From positions 6,757 to 70,756 of the forward strand of contig CACOBG010000007.1 of the NCBI GenBank assembly GCA_902625415.1: a DNA stretch of 64,000 nucleotides. Direction: 5' to 3'. Source of the DNA: an uncultured SAR86 cluster bacterium (lineage in GTDB: Bacteria > Pseudomonadota > Gammaproteobacteria > Magnimaribacterales > AG-339-G14). Below are positions 44,736 to 54,154 of the stretch, piece after piece. Position numbers and translations under genes: made by a program. The notes under the pieces were generated by a model, which was not told where the DNA came from, ran no database searches, and saw nothing but the letters and a program-made list of their open reading frames with translations. Within the stretch, counting starts at the first letter, position 1. Each line of letters begins with the position of its first letter.

Positions 44736-45899
44736 CTAGTTGAGTGCTTCTTGAGTTACTATTGTCTTAATTTGAGCACCATCTCCCAGAAAACCACTTA
44801 ATTCATCAAAGAAGTTATCGGGATCTAGTCCGCATGCTTCAGGAGCTAATACTCCAAATTTGGTAATCTTTTTCTCAAGTAACATTTTCAATCCGCACGC
44901 CAATGGATAGCCAGTTGCTGCACCCATAGACATATTTTCTTCAAAACCGTCTAGCGTAACAGCAACAATAGTTTCTGTTTCGTTTTTCAAACCCTGAGCC
45001 AGTCCATAAACCTCAGGCAGGGAATTTAAAATATCCTTGGGCTTACTCACCTGATTTTTTTCAAGTTGTTCCAATATATTTGTTGCTTGACTCTTCGAGA
45101 GCAGCTTTATTTCAATGAAGAATCTAATCATTTTGAAGACAAAAACATTAATTAATTCGTTACCATGCATTAAATTTAAGCTTGTTGATATGTCTGGATA
45201 GTGATGAGGGAAAGTTATTGCTTCAGGATGACCGAAAATTCTTGCTTTAAATTTACCTAACTGAGGATATTGAACATTTACTTTTGTTAAGGGCCTTACC
45301 ATTTTAAATTTTTTATTCATATAAACTTTAACTTGTCCTATCATCTGTTCAACACCATGCTCCATTGCAGCATTGGCTCCCGTTTGAGAACTGTCTTCTT
45401 CTGGCTTTGCCTCAGAGACATCCCAGCCTGTATAAACATTTGAAACTTTATCCAACTCGTTCATAGCTTTCAAAGCAAGCATATTAGTTATGCCTGGACT
45501 GGCTCCTAATCCTAAAATAGCAATCTTGTTTTTTTCCTCAGCTAATTTGTTTAGGGAAAACATTTTTTCAGTTGGCTCCCAATCATCACATATATCTAAA
45601 TAATGACAATTTTGCTCCAACGCAATCTCTAAGATTGGATAAGCAAGCTTAAAAAATGGACCTGTGAGATTAAGAACTACGTCTGTGGAAGCTGTAACTT
45701 TTCTAAGAGAATCTCTGTCTAAAACATCTAGGCCTATTCCGGTAACCCTGTCATCGTTAAAGGATTTAGCATAATCAGAAGCAGCAGTTTCGTTTATATC
45801 GGCGATAGTTATAGAATCAATTCCACCTATAGAGCTGACTGCTGAGGAAGCAAATCTTCCCATGCCACCACTACCTCCTAAAATCAAAACATTCATCAA
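44736..45899 (-). CDS. Saccharopine-dehydrogenase-like NAD(P)-dependent oxidoreductase
   Basis: GGSGGMG, NLTGPF, HYLDICDD, GASPG, HPE. Confidence 0.8.
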   Translation of the reverse strand: MMNVLILGGSGGMGRFASSAVSSIGGIDSITIADINETAASDYAKSFNDDRVTGIGLDVLDRDSLRKVTASTDVVLNLTGPFFKLAYPILEIALEQNCHYLDICDDWEPTEKMFSLNKLAEEKNKIAILGLGASPGITNMLALKAMNELDKVSNVYTGWDVSEAKPEEDSSQTGANAAMEHGVEQMIGQVKVYMNKKFKMVRPLTKVNVQYPQLGKFKARIFGHPEAITFPHHYPDISTSLNLMHGNELINVFVFKMIRFFIEIKLLSKSQATNILEQLEKNQVSKPKDILNSLPEVYGLAQGLKNETETIVAVTLDGFEENMSMGAATGYPLACGLKMLLEKKITKFGVLAPEACGLDPDNFFDELSGFLGDGAQIKTIVTQEALN

Positions 45900-45996
45900 T
45901 AAGCATTAAACATGAGTAAAGGATATTTTCAAAATTTTTTAAAAATTGATAGATTTAGGATTAAATTTATCAAGAATAGATAATGGAGAAAACTAC

Positions 45997-47031
45997 ATGA
46001 CTAATAAAATCACAGAAGATCCAAGAATAGATCCAAGAATCAAAGAACAATGGAAAGATATAAACTTTCCAGAGGTATCGTTTGAAAGCTCTTCTAGAGA
46101 AGAAATGCTAGCTAAGGTAAATTCTGAAGAGGGACAAGTGGAACTCATGTTGTATGAAGCTTTTTTTAACGATCCTAGGTTAGATGATGCTATCTCATTT
46201 GATGGACTTAAAAACGAAACTATTGAAATCGAGTCGCAGCCAGATGGCAATAAAATAAAACTTTTAAATATTCGTCCCGACAATGAGGATATTCTCCCTT
46301 GTGTTTATTACATACATGGAGGCGGTATGGAGATTGGCTCATGTTTTTATAAGCTATACCAAGCATTTGGCAGATTGATTGCACATCAAAATGTTTCAGT
46401 AATTATGGTGGATTTTAGAAATGCCAGAGTGCCATCATCAGTTCCAGAAGTAGCACCTTTTCCGGCAGGATTGAATGACTGCGTTTCAGGCTTTGATTAC
46501 ATCAAAACCAATGCAAAAAAACTCAATATTGATTCGGAAAGAATTGTTATTTCAGGAGAAAGTGGCGGGGGAAATTTAACTATTGCGACGGGACTGAAAT
46601 TATCTCAAGCCGGTAGATCAAATGAAGTTAAAGGTCTTTATGCTTTATGTCCTTACATCGCTGGTATTTGGCCATTACCTGAAAATCCTTCTTCTACAGA
46701 AAATAATGGCATCATGCTTGATTTACATAATGATCATGGTGCTGTGGTTTATGGTATAGAAGAATGGGAAAAGCGAAATCCTCTCGCTTGGCCAGGTTTT
46801 GCAAAAGAGGAAGATGTAAAGGATCTCCCCAAAACTTTCATTAGCGTTAACGAATGTGACCCCTTGAGAGATGAGGGCATAAATTTTTATAGATTGCTCA
46901 GAAGGGCGAACGTTGAAGCTCAATGCAGGGTGCTATCTGGAACCATTCATGGAACAGATACCATGGTGCTCTCTTGTCCAGAAGTTAGCTTGGAAACGGC
47001 AAGAAGTATTGCTGCCTTTACGGGAGATTAA
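45997..47031 (+). CDS. HSL-family alpha/beta hydrolase (esterase/lipase)
   Basis: HGGG, GESGGG, DPLRDE, H; ATG 45997 with SD GGAG. Confidence 0.9.
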   Translation: MTNKITEDPRIDPRIKEQWKDINFPEVSFESSSREEMLAKVNSEEGQVELMLYEAFFNDPRLDDAISFDGLKNETIEIESQPDGNKIKLLNIRPDNEDILPCVYYIHGGGMEIGSCFYKLYQAFGRLIAHQNVSVIMVDFRNARVPSSVPEVAPFPAGLNDCVSGFDYIKTNAKKLNIDSERIVISGESGGGNLTIATGLKLSQAGRSNEVKGLYALCPYIAGIWPLPENPSSTENNGIMLDLHNDHGAVVYGIEEWEKRNPLAWPGFAKEEDVKDLPKTFISVNECDPLRDEGINFYRLLRRANVEAQCRVLSGTIHGTDTMVLSCPEVSLETARSIAAFTGD

Positions 47032-47610
47032 TTAAAAAATATTAACTAGCCAGATAAGTAGATAGTGCCCTATGAATCCATAGAGGCCGATTGCAATAAT
47101 TGGTTTGTTGGAAAGCCCAATTTCTTTATTAAATAAAATCGCATATACAAAAAGCGGAATATAGCAGAACAGAGAGCTTACCATTCCTGGACTAAAAATA
47201 TTTTGCGCTGTTGATATACCAATATGGAAGCTTGCGTTTGCCATGGTGAGAGCATTATTAAAAAGAAAAAATATTCCAAATATTTTTTCCGATCTTGCTC
47301 TCGATATAACTAATGCTGGTAATAGAATCAGATAAGGCGTTAGGTTTAGTAAAGTAACTTCCAATGGTGAAATATCCATTCCATTTCTATATGCCCAATT
47401 TAAAAAATGGTAGTAATCTCCGAATAAAAGAGGGGATAAAACGTACTCTTCAAACTGATGAGCAGAAAGCGCTAACAAAGGTAGAAGGGCTAGCATATAC
47501 TTGCTCTTAGCTCGATAAAGATAGATACAAATTCCTAAAAAAACGATAAAAGAAATTGTAAAAAAGTTTTGCATCAGCAAAACCAGAGGCGCATCAAAGG
47601 TTGGACTCAT
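47032..47610 (-). CDS. HXXEE-domain membrane protein
   Basis: HQFEEY, HIG, PG; ATG 47610 overlaps the upstream stop (TAATG). Confidence 0.78.
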   Translation of the reverse strand: MSPTFDAPLVLLMQNFFTISFIVFLGICIYLYRAKSKYMLALLPLLALSAHQFEEYVLSPLLFGDYYHFLNWAYRNGMDISPLEVTLLNLTPYLILLPALVISRARSEKIFGIFFLFNNALTMANASFHIGISTAQNIFSPGMVSSLFCYIPLFVYAILFNKEIGLSNKPIIAIGLYGFIGHYLLIWLVNIF

Positions 47611-48557
47611 TAGGCCACAATACCCCAAATTCTTGTCATAAACCAAAAACAACCCATGCCGCCAATTCCATAAGTTACGAGACTTCGAAATACTTTTTTT
47701 AGATCTACTTTATTGAGTAAGAAAATAATTATTCCCACAACAGGAATTATCATAAGCTGACCAATTTCAATTCCTATATTGAAGAACAATAAAGATAGGA
47801 AAAGTTGATCATTGGCTATGCCGATCTCTGATAAAGCTCCAGCAAAACCAAATCCATGCAAGAGACCAAAGCCAAAAGCCATCAACCATGGTCTTTTTAC
47901 ATCAGTCTCTGCTTTAGTTAATTCATATGCCAAATATATGATCGTCAATGCGATCAAGGCTTCAGTACTTGCTGAAGGAAGTTTAAAAATATCCAAGACA
48001 GAAATTGCAAGGGTAATGCTATGTGCCAAAGTAAATGCTGTTATTGTTTTAAACAATGGAACAAATCCTGAAATTAAAAAAATAAGTCCCAAAACAAATA
48101 CGATGTGGTCAATTCCACCGAGCAGGTGTTCTATTCCCAAGTAAAAATAACCAGTTGGATAAACTTGTTTGTCTTCGGGAATGACAATCTCCGGAGCTTT
48201 AAGATTCATCAAACCTTCAAATCTATCTCCATCGAAATGATTTACCGTCACCAGGGCATCGTTAAGAATACTCAGACCACTTACTTGAATCGCTTTACCT
48301 TTTAGAGATTCAGAACATTTCAAATTTATTTTTTCAGAGATGTATTTTCCTTGCCTAAAGGGAAGGTCTTTCTCGATTTCACAAATTTCAGGAAAAGTAA
48401 GCTCTGGAGAGGTACCAAGGTTTTTTATTGGCGTCATCCAAAGGGCTTCGTATTCAAGCTCTACGGTCTCATCTATTAATAAATGGGCAGGATTGAATTC
48501 ATGGGCAAAAAAAGCGGATGAAAAAAAAACAAATAAAGAAAATAAAACTTTAGTCAT
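47610..48557 (-). CDS. HupE/UreJ family protein
   Basis: Signal then AHE; GIEHLLGGIDH, FTLAHSITL, GLLHGFGFA, FNIGIEIGQ. Confidence 0.9.
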   Translation of the reverse strand: MTKVLFSLFVFFSSAFFAHEFNPAHLLIDETVELEYEALWMTPIKNLGTSPELTFPEICEIEKDLPFRQGKYISEKINLKCSESLKGKAIQVSGLSILNDALVTVNHFDGDRFEGLMNLKAPEIVIPEDKQVYPTGYFYLGIEHLLGGIDHIVFVLGLIFLISGFVPLFKTITAFTLAHSITLAISVLDIFKLPSASTEALIALTIIYLAYELTKAETDVKRPWLMAFGFGLLHGFGFAGALSEIGIANDQLFLSLLFFNIGIEIGQLMIIPVVGIIIFLLNKVDLKKVFRSLVTYGIGGMGCFWFMTRIWGIVA

Positions 48558-49356
48558 TAAAGAGGTATTTTGGATTAATGATTACTTGATATTTATCTCT
48601 CAATTCGAACAGGTAGGAATCTAAAGTTTTTTGTTTTTCCTCCAAATAAAAATCAACTTCTACCTTTTCTTTTACTTGATTCAAACTGGGAGTAACGCTT
48701 TCAACTTTATTGAGTAGCTTAACAACATGGAAGCCATACGCTGATTCAACTGGACCAAGCCAAGTATCAAAAATGGGTTCTTCAAAAACTGTACTAAATT
48801 GATTACCAAAATCTCTTTGTATCTCAAATCTGGATTTTTCAACAAAATTTTTCCCTAGCATGAAAGGATCGCTTTTAGGCAAAGTATCCTCATTCTGTTG
48901 AATAGTCTTTAAAGCCTCTTCTGATCTTTGTTTGCCATTTCTTTCCGAAGAAAAGTAAAGATGAGTAAAAGTAAATCTTTCAGGAAAAATATATGACTCT
49001 AAATTTTTCTCAAAAAATTTCTGAAGTTCATCTAGTTTTGGAGGAGCAATAGAAGTTTCTTCTCTTAAAAAAGATATTTTTTGAGCAAGTCTTCTTTTAA
49101 TTATCCGATCTTCTAGGTCAAGATTTAATCTCAAAGCTTCTCGGTATAAAATCTCTTCTTTGATTACGTCATCAATGATGTTTTTGATGTCAGTTCTGGT
49201 TGGCGATCTACCAACCTGGATTTCCCAAGCGTATATCAAGCTTTCAATTTCTTGATCGGAAATAAAAATATTAAGCTCATCCTCATCATAATTGAAAACT
49301 AAGTCAAATATTAAGATGACAACACCTATCCCAAAAAAAGCAAATATTTTCTTCAT
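48550..49356 (-). CDS. PpiC-type peptidyl-prolyl isomerase-like protein, membrane anchored
   Basis: EEILYREA..L.LD, DRIIKRRL, FG..F, GPVESAYGFHVV. Confidence 0.85.
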   Translation of the reverse strand: MKKIFAFFGIGVVILIFDLVFNYDEDELNIFISDQEIESLIYAWEIQVGRSPTRTDIKNIIDDVIKEEILYREALRLNLDLEDRIIKRRLAQKISFLREETSIAPPKLDELQKFFEKNLESYIFPERFTFTHLYFSSERNGKQRSEEALKTIQQNEDTLPKSDPFMLGKNFVEKSRFEIQRDFGNQFSTVFEEPIFDTWLGPVESAYGFHVVKLLNKVESVTPSLNQVKEKVEVDFYLEEKQKTLDSYLFELRDKYQVIINPKYLFND

Positions 49357-49371
49357 TTTATGTATCTGAAA

Positions 49372-50820
49372 CTATTGAAAATTGGGCGGTATTTTAAATC
49401 CACCTCTCAAATCTCGAACGATTTTGGCAACTTCGATACAAGTTTTATCCTCTAAATAAGGACCTGTTATTTGCATGCCAATAGGTAGATTTTTTGAAGA
49501 CATACCTATTGGAACATTCGTGCTTGGCAATCCAGCCGAAACCGCAGGACCAGCCCACAAAGTTGCTCTGAGATATTCATCATCTTTGCCGTTCACAGTG
49601 AGCTTTCTTTCATGAACTGGATTATGGTTATGTTTAAAAGCCGGAGTAATAGAGGTAGGACATAAAATTACATCATATTTTTTAAAGAATTCTCTCCATT
49701 TCTGACGCATATTTTGTCTCATGGCATTTACTACAACCCAGTCTGAGTATTTTAAAACAGATCCTCTAGCAACCTTCGCAAGTTCAGACTTGTCGTTTTG
49801 ATCTAAACCTTCGTTTAACTTAGCGAGTGTTTCAAAAGTTTCTTGCGGGGAGCCAGCAAGCATCAGAGGATTTAAAAGTTGACTATAAATATTATCGATT
49901 TCTTCAAAACTTATTGGTAGGTTCGCTGTTTCAACTTGTGCACCAGCATGTTTTAAATCATCTGCTGTTTCAGTAATTAGATTTGTTATTTCATCATCTA
50001 CCTCTGCATAGGGTTCATCAGGCCAGATTGCGATTTTCAGTTCTTTAATTTTTTTTGTTCTGGCTTTTGGCAATTTAATTTTCCAGGCTGGACTATCTTG
50101 CATTTGAGCTGCAACTAAAACATCCAGTGCAATTTCCAAGTCCTCGGGGGATCTTGCAAGCGGACCCGCTACAGATAATCCGTTACCAGTTAATACTGAA
50201 CCTGGTGGAGGAGGCATATGTCCAACTTCAGAAATGATGTTGTAACTTGGCTTATGGCCAAAAAGACCGCAGAAGTGAGCAGGCACTCTAATGGATCCAC
50301 CTATATCCGAGCCAAGCTCTAGTGGCGTCATACCTGAAGCTAAAGCAGCGGCAGACCCTCCAGAAGAACCGCCTGGAGTTCTTTCTAAATCCCAAGGATT
50401 ATTGGTAGTGCCGTAGATTTTATTAAAGCTTTGCAAATCTGATGAAAGAAACGGCACGTTGGTTTTACCAAAAATAATTGCTCCGGCATCAATCAATCTT
50501 TGAACTGCCTCTGCATTTCGTTTTGGAATGTTGTCTTGCCAGGCAGGGTTTCCACCAGTCGATACAATGCCCTCCACCTCAAAAGCATCTTTTATGGTCA
50601 TGGGCAAGCCATGCAAAGAACCTAGTTTAGATTTAGAAGCAGTTTTTTTGTCTGCCTGTTTTGCTTTTTCTAGTGCTCGTTCAATATCTAATGCAACTAC
50701 TGCATTGATTTTTGGGTTTACAGCTTCAACTTGTTTTAAAAAGGACTCAAGGACCTCTTGAGCAGAAACCTCTTTTTGTTTTATCTTTTTAAGAATCTCA
50801 TGAGCATTTTCAAATATCAT
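49372..50820 (-). CDS. Amidase signature family enzyme
   Basis: GLPMTIKD, GGSSGGSAAA, GSDIGGSIRVPA. Confidence 0.92.
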   Translation of the reverse strand: MIFENAHEILKKIKQKEVSAQEVLESFLKQVEAVNPKINAVVALDIERALEKAKQADKKTASKSKLGSLHGLPMTIKDAFEVEGIVSTGGNPAWQDNIPKRNAEAVQRLIDAGAIIFGKTNVPFLSSDLQSFNKIYGTTNNPWDLERTPGGSSGGSAAALASGMTPLELGSDIGGSIRVPAHFCGLFGHKPSYNIISEVGHMPPPPGSVLTGNGLSVAGPLARSPEDLEIALDVLVAAQMQDSPAWKIKLPKARTKKIKELKIAIWPDEPYAEVDDEITNLITETADDLKHAGAQVETANLPISFEEIDNIYSQLLNPLMLAGSPQETFETLAKLNEGLDQNDKSELAKVARGSVLKYSDWVVVNAMRQNMRQKWREFFKKYDVILCPTSITPAFKHNHNPVHERKLTVNGKDDEYLRATLWAGPAVSAGLPSTNVPIGMSSKNLPIGMQITGPYLEDKTCIEVAKIVRDLRGGFKIPPNFQ

Positions 50821-50846
50821 TATGCTTAGTAATTCTCTGTTAAATA

Positions 50847-52955
50847 CTAGTTAGTATTTAAAGGTTCTTCAGTTTCTTGAACGCTGTCCATTATCGATCT
50901 GATTGTAAAAACGCCACCTGGATTTGGAACATTTGGAATGTACCAGATTGGGCTTGACCAAGCACGTTCTTGAAAAGTTTTCGGTAAGTCTTCTCTGGGT
51001 TTCAATCCAGCTTTTATCGCATCCCAAGTAGTCCATGGGCAACTGGGGTTTTCCAAAACCCTCACATAGTAAAAAGCTTTTTCATTTTTATTGAAATCAG
51101 GATCTGTCCAAACAGTTTTAAGTTCAGCCGATCCCACATCATTCGATATTTCACAAGTTTCAGTATTTACCGTAGCGCCATTATCTGGACATCTATTTGT
51201 TATTGGATTTACTTTAGCTCCGTTGGAACAAACTACGTCATAAACTGTTTCTTTTGGCTCAGCATCAAATTGATTGATAGTGCCTTTAATAATTTGAACT
51301 CTTTGTAGCGGCGCTCCATTTTTTGCTCTTTGTGCCCAAACGAAAAAGTTAGGAATATTGCTACCTTTGGAAACTAAGTCTGAACCCATGGGAACACCGT
51401 TGCGATAAGCCTCACTGATGACGTTTTCACTATTAAGGTCTAATTCATTCAAACGATAGCCACCAAAGAAACGAACTGAAATCCTATTTCCACTAGTAGC
51501 AAAAGTCTCTTTTCTTCGCAAGGCGCTAAAAATTGATTCTCGCGTATTTTCTTCAGCCCAAACTGCAGCCAAACCCGATGCACCCCATTGAGTGAATCCG
51601 GACTCTAAATAATTTCCTTCTTGGCCTTCGTAAATTTCAATTGGCAAACCCGTATCACCAAAATTACCCTGACGTCCTAAAATCGTTTGTTGATAATCAG
51701 TTACAGGCACTGAACCTCTTCCTTCTGGAGTAGCATCAATGATTCCAATTTTTGACCAAAAATCAGATTCGTCATATGAAGAAGCCCCAGTATGCGTATC
51801 GGACGAGCCAATCAAACCAAATTTATAAGGATTTCCTCGATCTTCCCACTCAAGAACCATTCCTCTAAAAAAAGCATCTCTTACATAACCACCAGCAGGC
51901 AAAGAGTAAGTTCTAGGAAAGCTTCCTACTCTAGAATTCATGATACCAAAATCTGCCCATTCATCATTAGGTGACAAAAGAGGGTGGGTATCGCTTGTGC
52001 CTTTAACTTGAGTCATTTCTACAATAGGTTCATTCCTCATTCGTAATGCGGAATAAGTTTTATCAATAGGTGACCCATCAAATTGTTCCACTTCAAACAT
52101 CTGTCCATTTGACCCATTTGAATTATGTGGCATAGCAATAGAATCTATGCCTTTATCCCTTAGCTTATCCATCCATGCCCACAAATCCTCTGGATTAATA
52201 GAATCGATTCTAGTCCAAGGTCTTTCAGGCGCTTTAGAACCTTCAAAAATTACATTTCTATGTAAATTACCATTTTCTACATCCGTAGAAGTTGTGAATT
52301 CATAACCAATGAAGGTTGTAAAATTCCCAGGATCATTGTGTTCGTTCGCAGCTCTTGCAACATCTGCCCAAGATGACTTGTGAGTTTCATCATCAAAAGA
52401 GCGTATCGCCAATGAAATATGATTTGATAGGAAAGCCTGAATAAATTTTGGATGATACCAAGGATAAGGATTTGCAATTGCTTCAACGGCACCTCTGAAG
52501 CTCCCTAATCGAAATGCAGAAGACTCTAAAGTTTGGTTCTCAGGAGCATTTATATTGTGATAAATCTCTGCGCCTGGAAGAGTGGAGGCATAGGTTGAGG
52601 TATCAGCCCAAGCTTGGATCATACCAAGAAAAAAACCATGATCAGTAACTGCATAAAAATCCAATGGCTCTCTAAGTTTCATATCGAAGCCCAAAGCATG
52701 CTTTATAGTGTCACCTTTTGCATATCTGTAAGCATCATCAGGAGAGGCAGTTGTGCCAAATACATATGCATCGAATGAATATCTCGTGTGAACATGAAGA
52801 TCACCAAAGTAGGCATTTCTTAGTTCGTTAAAGTCTTTGCTGGGAGCAGGCGCAGGTTTCCCTTCAATAGAAAAATCCACTACTTCTAATGAAGTATCTG
52901 TACATCCAATAAAAATTAATGCCGTAAAAATTAAAGCGCTGATATTTTTTTTCAT
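50847..52955 (-). CDS. DUF3604 lipoprotein (PHP-like metallohydrolase)
   Basis: Lipobox FIGC; YFGDLHVHT, AVTDH, GYEFT, LHRNVIF, PHNSN, GSSDTH, QERAWSSPIW. Confidence 0.88.
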   Translation of the reverse strand: MKKNISALIFTALIFIGCTDTSLEVVDFSIEGKPAPAPSKDFNELRNAYFGDLHVHTRYSFDAYVFGTTASPDDAYRYAKGDTIKHALGFDMKLREPLDFYAVTDHGFFLGMIQAWADTSTYASTLPGAEIYHNINAPENQTLESSAFRLGSFRGAVEAIANPYPWYHPKFIQAFLSNHISLAIRSFDDETHKSSWADVARAANEHNDPGNFTTFIGYEFTTSTDVENGNLHRNVIFEGSKAPERPWTRIDSINPEDLWAWMDKLRDKGIDSIAMPHNSNGSNGQMFEVEQFDGSPIDKTYSALRMRNEPIVEMTQVKGTSDTHPLLSPNDEWADFGIMNSRVGSFPRTYSLPAGGYVRDAFFRGMVLEWEDRGNPYKFGLIGSSDTHTGASSYDESDFWSKIGIIDATPEGRGSVPVTDYQQTILGRQGNFGDTGLPIEIYEGQEGNYLESGFTQWGASGLAAVWAEENTRESIFSALRRKETFATSGNRISVRFFGGYRLNELDLNSENVISEAYRNGVPMGSDLVSKGSNIPNFFVWAQRAKNGAPLQRVQIIKGTINQFDAEPKETVYDVVCSNGAKVNPITNRCPDNGATVNTETCEISNDVGSAELKTVWTDPDFNKNEKAFYYVRVLENPSCPWTTWDAIKAGLKPREDLPKTFQERAWSSPIWYIPNVPNPGGVFTIRSIMDSVQETEEPLNTN

Positions 52956-53001
52956 AATCTCCCCTAGTGATATTTATATTAATGCAATCAAAGTAAAACT
53001 T

Positions 53002-54060
53002 CTAATTTAAATCTGAAAGGTTTATTTCTTCCGTACCAACAGGTAAAACAACGAAAGTTCCATCTCTCGACAAGGTCCAGTCCGTTCTTATCTCATCAAC
53101 GCCTCTTACAAAAACGTTCTCCATGATTCCATTTCGCGGAGCTGGGGTAAGGTGATAAAAGATTAGGTGTCCTACTTTTGCCATGTTTGCTAGTTTCGCT
53201 GCTTCTATAGGCGTCATATGATAAGTCTTTATGTCTTCAAGTACCTTTACTAAGGGCTGATTGGAATCTCTTTCTAAAATAGCTTTTTGCATTATATTAA
53301 TGATGTGATTTGCTTGAGCTTCAGCAATCAAAACATCGGCATTTTCAGAATTAACAGCAATGTTTTCATCGTAAGACGTGTCTCCGGTTATGACCAACGA
53401 TCTTCCTTTGTAGTCAAAACGATAACCAAGGGCAGGCTCAATTGGTTCGTGGGTCACTTTAAAGGCTGTAATTTTCAAACCGTTTTTGTTGTAAATGATA
53501 GGATTGTTTAGATCGACAATGGTTGTATCAAAGCCGACAGACTTAATTGGCGCAAGCGCCTCACCATGATGTTCATTTCTGAACCCATAGTCTAATTTAT
53601 ATGCCATTTCGAAGCCTGCGGTTACGATATCCGTGCCTTCAGGCCCATATACAGAAAGTGCTTTTGGACGACCTGGTAACCAAGTTGCCAAATGAAGATC
53701 TGCTAAATCTGAAATATGGTCAGAGTGGAGGTGAGTGAATAGCACCGCTTTAATTTTATTTGTTGGGACGCTGTATTTTCCTAAATTAACATTTGCTCCA
53801 TCTCCTATATCAACTATAAAAATATCCTCCCCTGCTTTTACAGCAACACAGGTTTGTGCTCTTCCAGGCGATGGTAGCGGAGATCTTGATCCACAAATGA
53901 GAGCGCTCAACGCGTCTTCTTCAGGGAAAGGACTGTCAGCTGTAGCTAAATTTGAAACAGCTGTTTTTATTACCAAATCTTGTACAAATGGAACTCTTAA
54001 AGAAACAAAAACAATTAAGAAGAGAATAAAAATGACGCCTAAAATTTTCCAAATTCTCAT
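53002..54060 (-). CDS. MBL-fold hydrolase of the RNase Z/arylsulfatase (AtsA-like) group, N-terminally anchored
   Basis: THLHSDH, VTHEP, TGDT, YH, YHLTP. Confidence 0.85.
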   Translation of the reverse strand: MRIWKILGVIFILFLIVFVSLRVPFVQDLVIKTAVSNLATADSPFPEEDALSALICGSRSPLPSPGRAQTCVAVKAGEDIFIVDIGDGANVNLGKYSVPTNKIKAVLFTHLHSDHISDLADLHLATWLPGRPKALSVYGPEGTDIVTAGFEMAYKLDYGFRNEHHGEALAPIKSVGFDTTIVDLNNPIIYNKNGLKITAFKVTHEPIEPALGYRFDYKGRSLVITGDTSYDENIAVNSENADVLIAEAQANHIINIMQKAILERDSNQPLVKVLEDIKTYHMTPIEAAKLANMAKVGHLIFYHLTPAPRNGIMENVFVRGVDEIRTDWTLSRDGTFVVLPVGTEEINLSDLN

Positions 54061-54098
54061 AAATCCTCCATAATTTGGAATAGTAAATATACTAAAAT

Positions 54099-54137
54099 AA
54101 TCTAACTATTGACAGTATGCATGTCAAAATATACCTT
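54099..54137. promoter_or_regulatory. Palindromic bidirectional promoter/operator TTGACA-N7-TGTCAA
   Basis: Perfect -35 on both strands (54109-14 and 54127-22), each 17 bp from a TAnnnT hexamer. Confidence 0.6.
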
Positions 54138-54154
54138 ATAAATTTAATAGAAAT

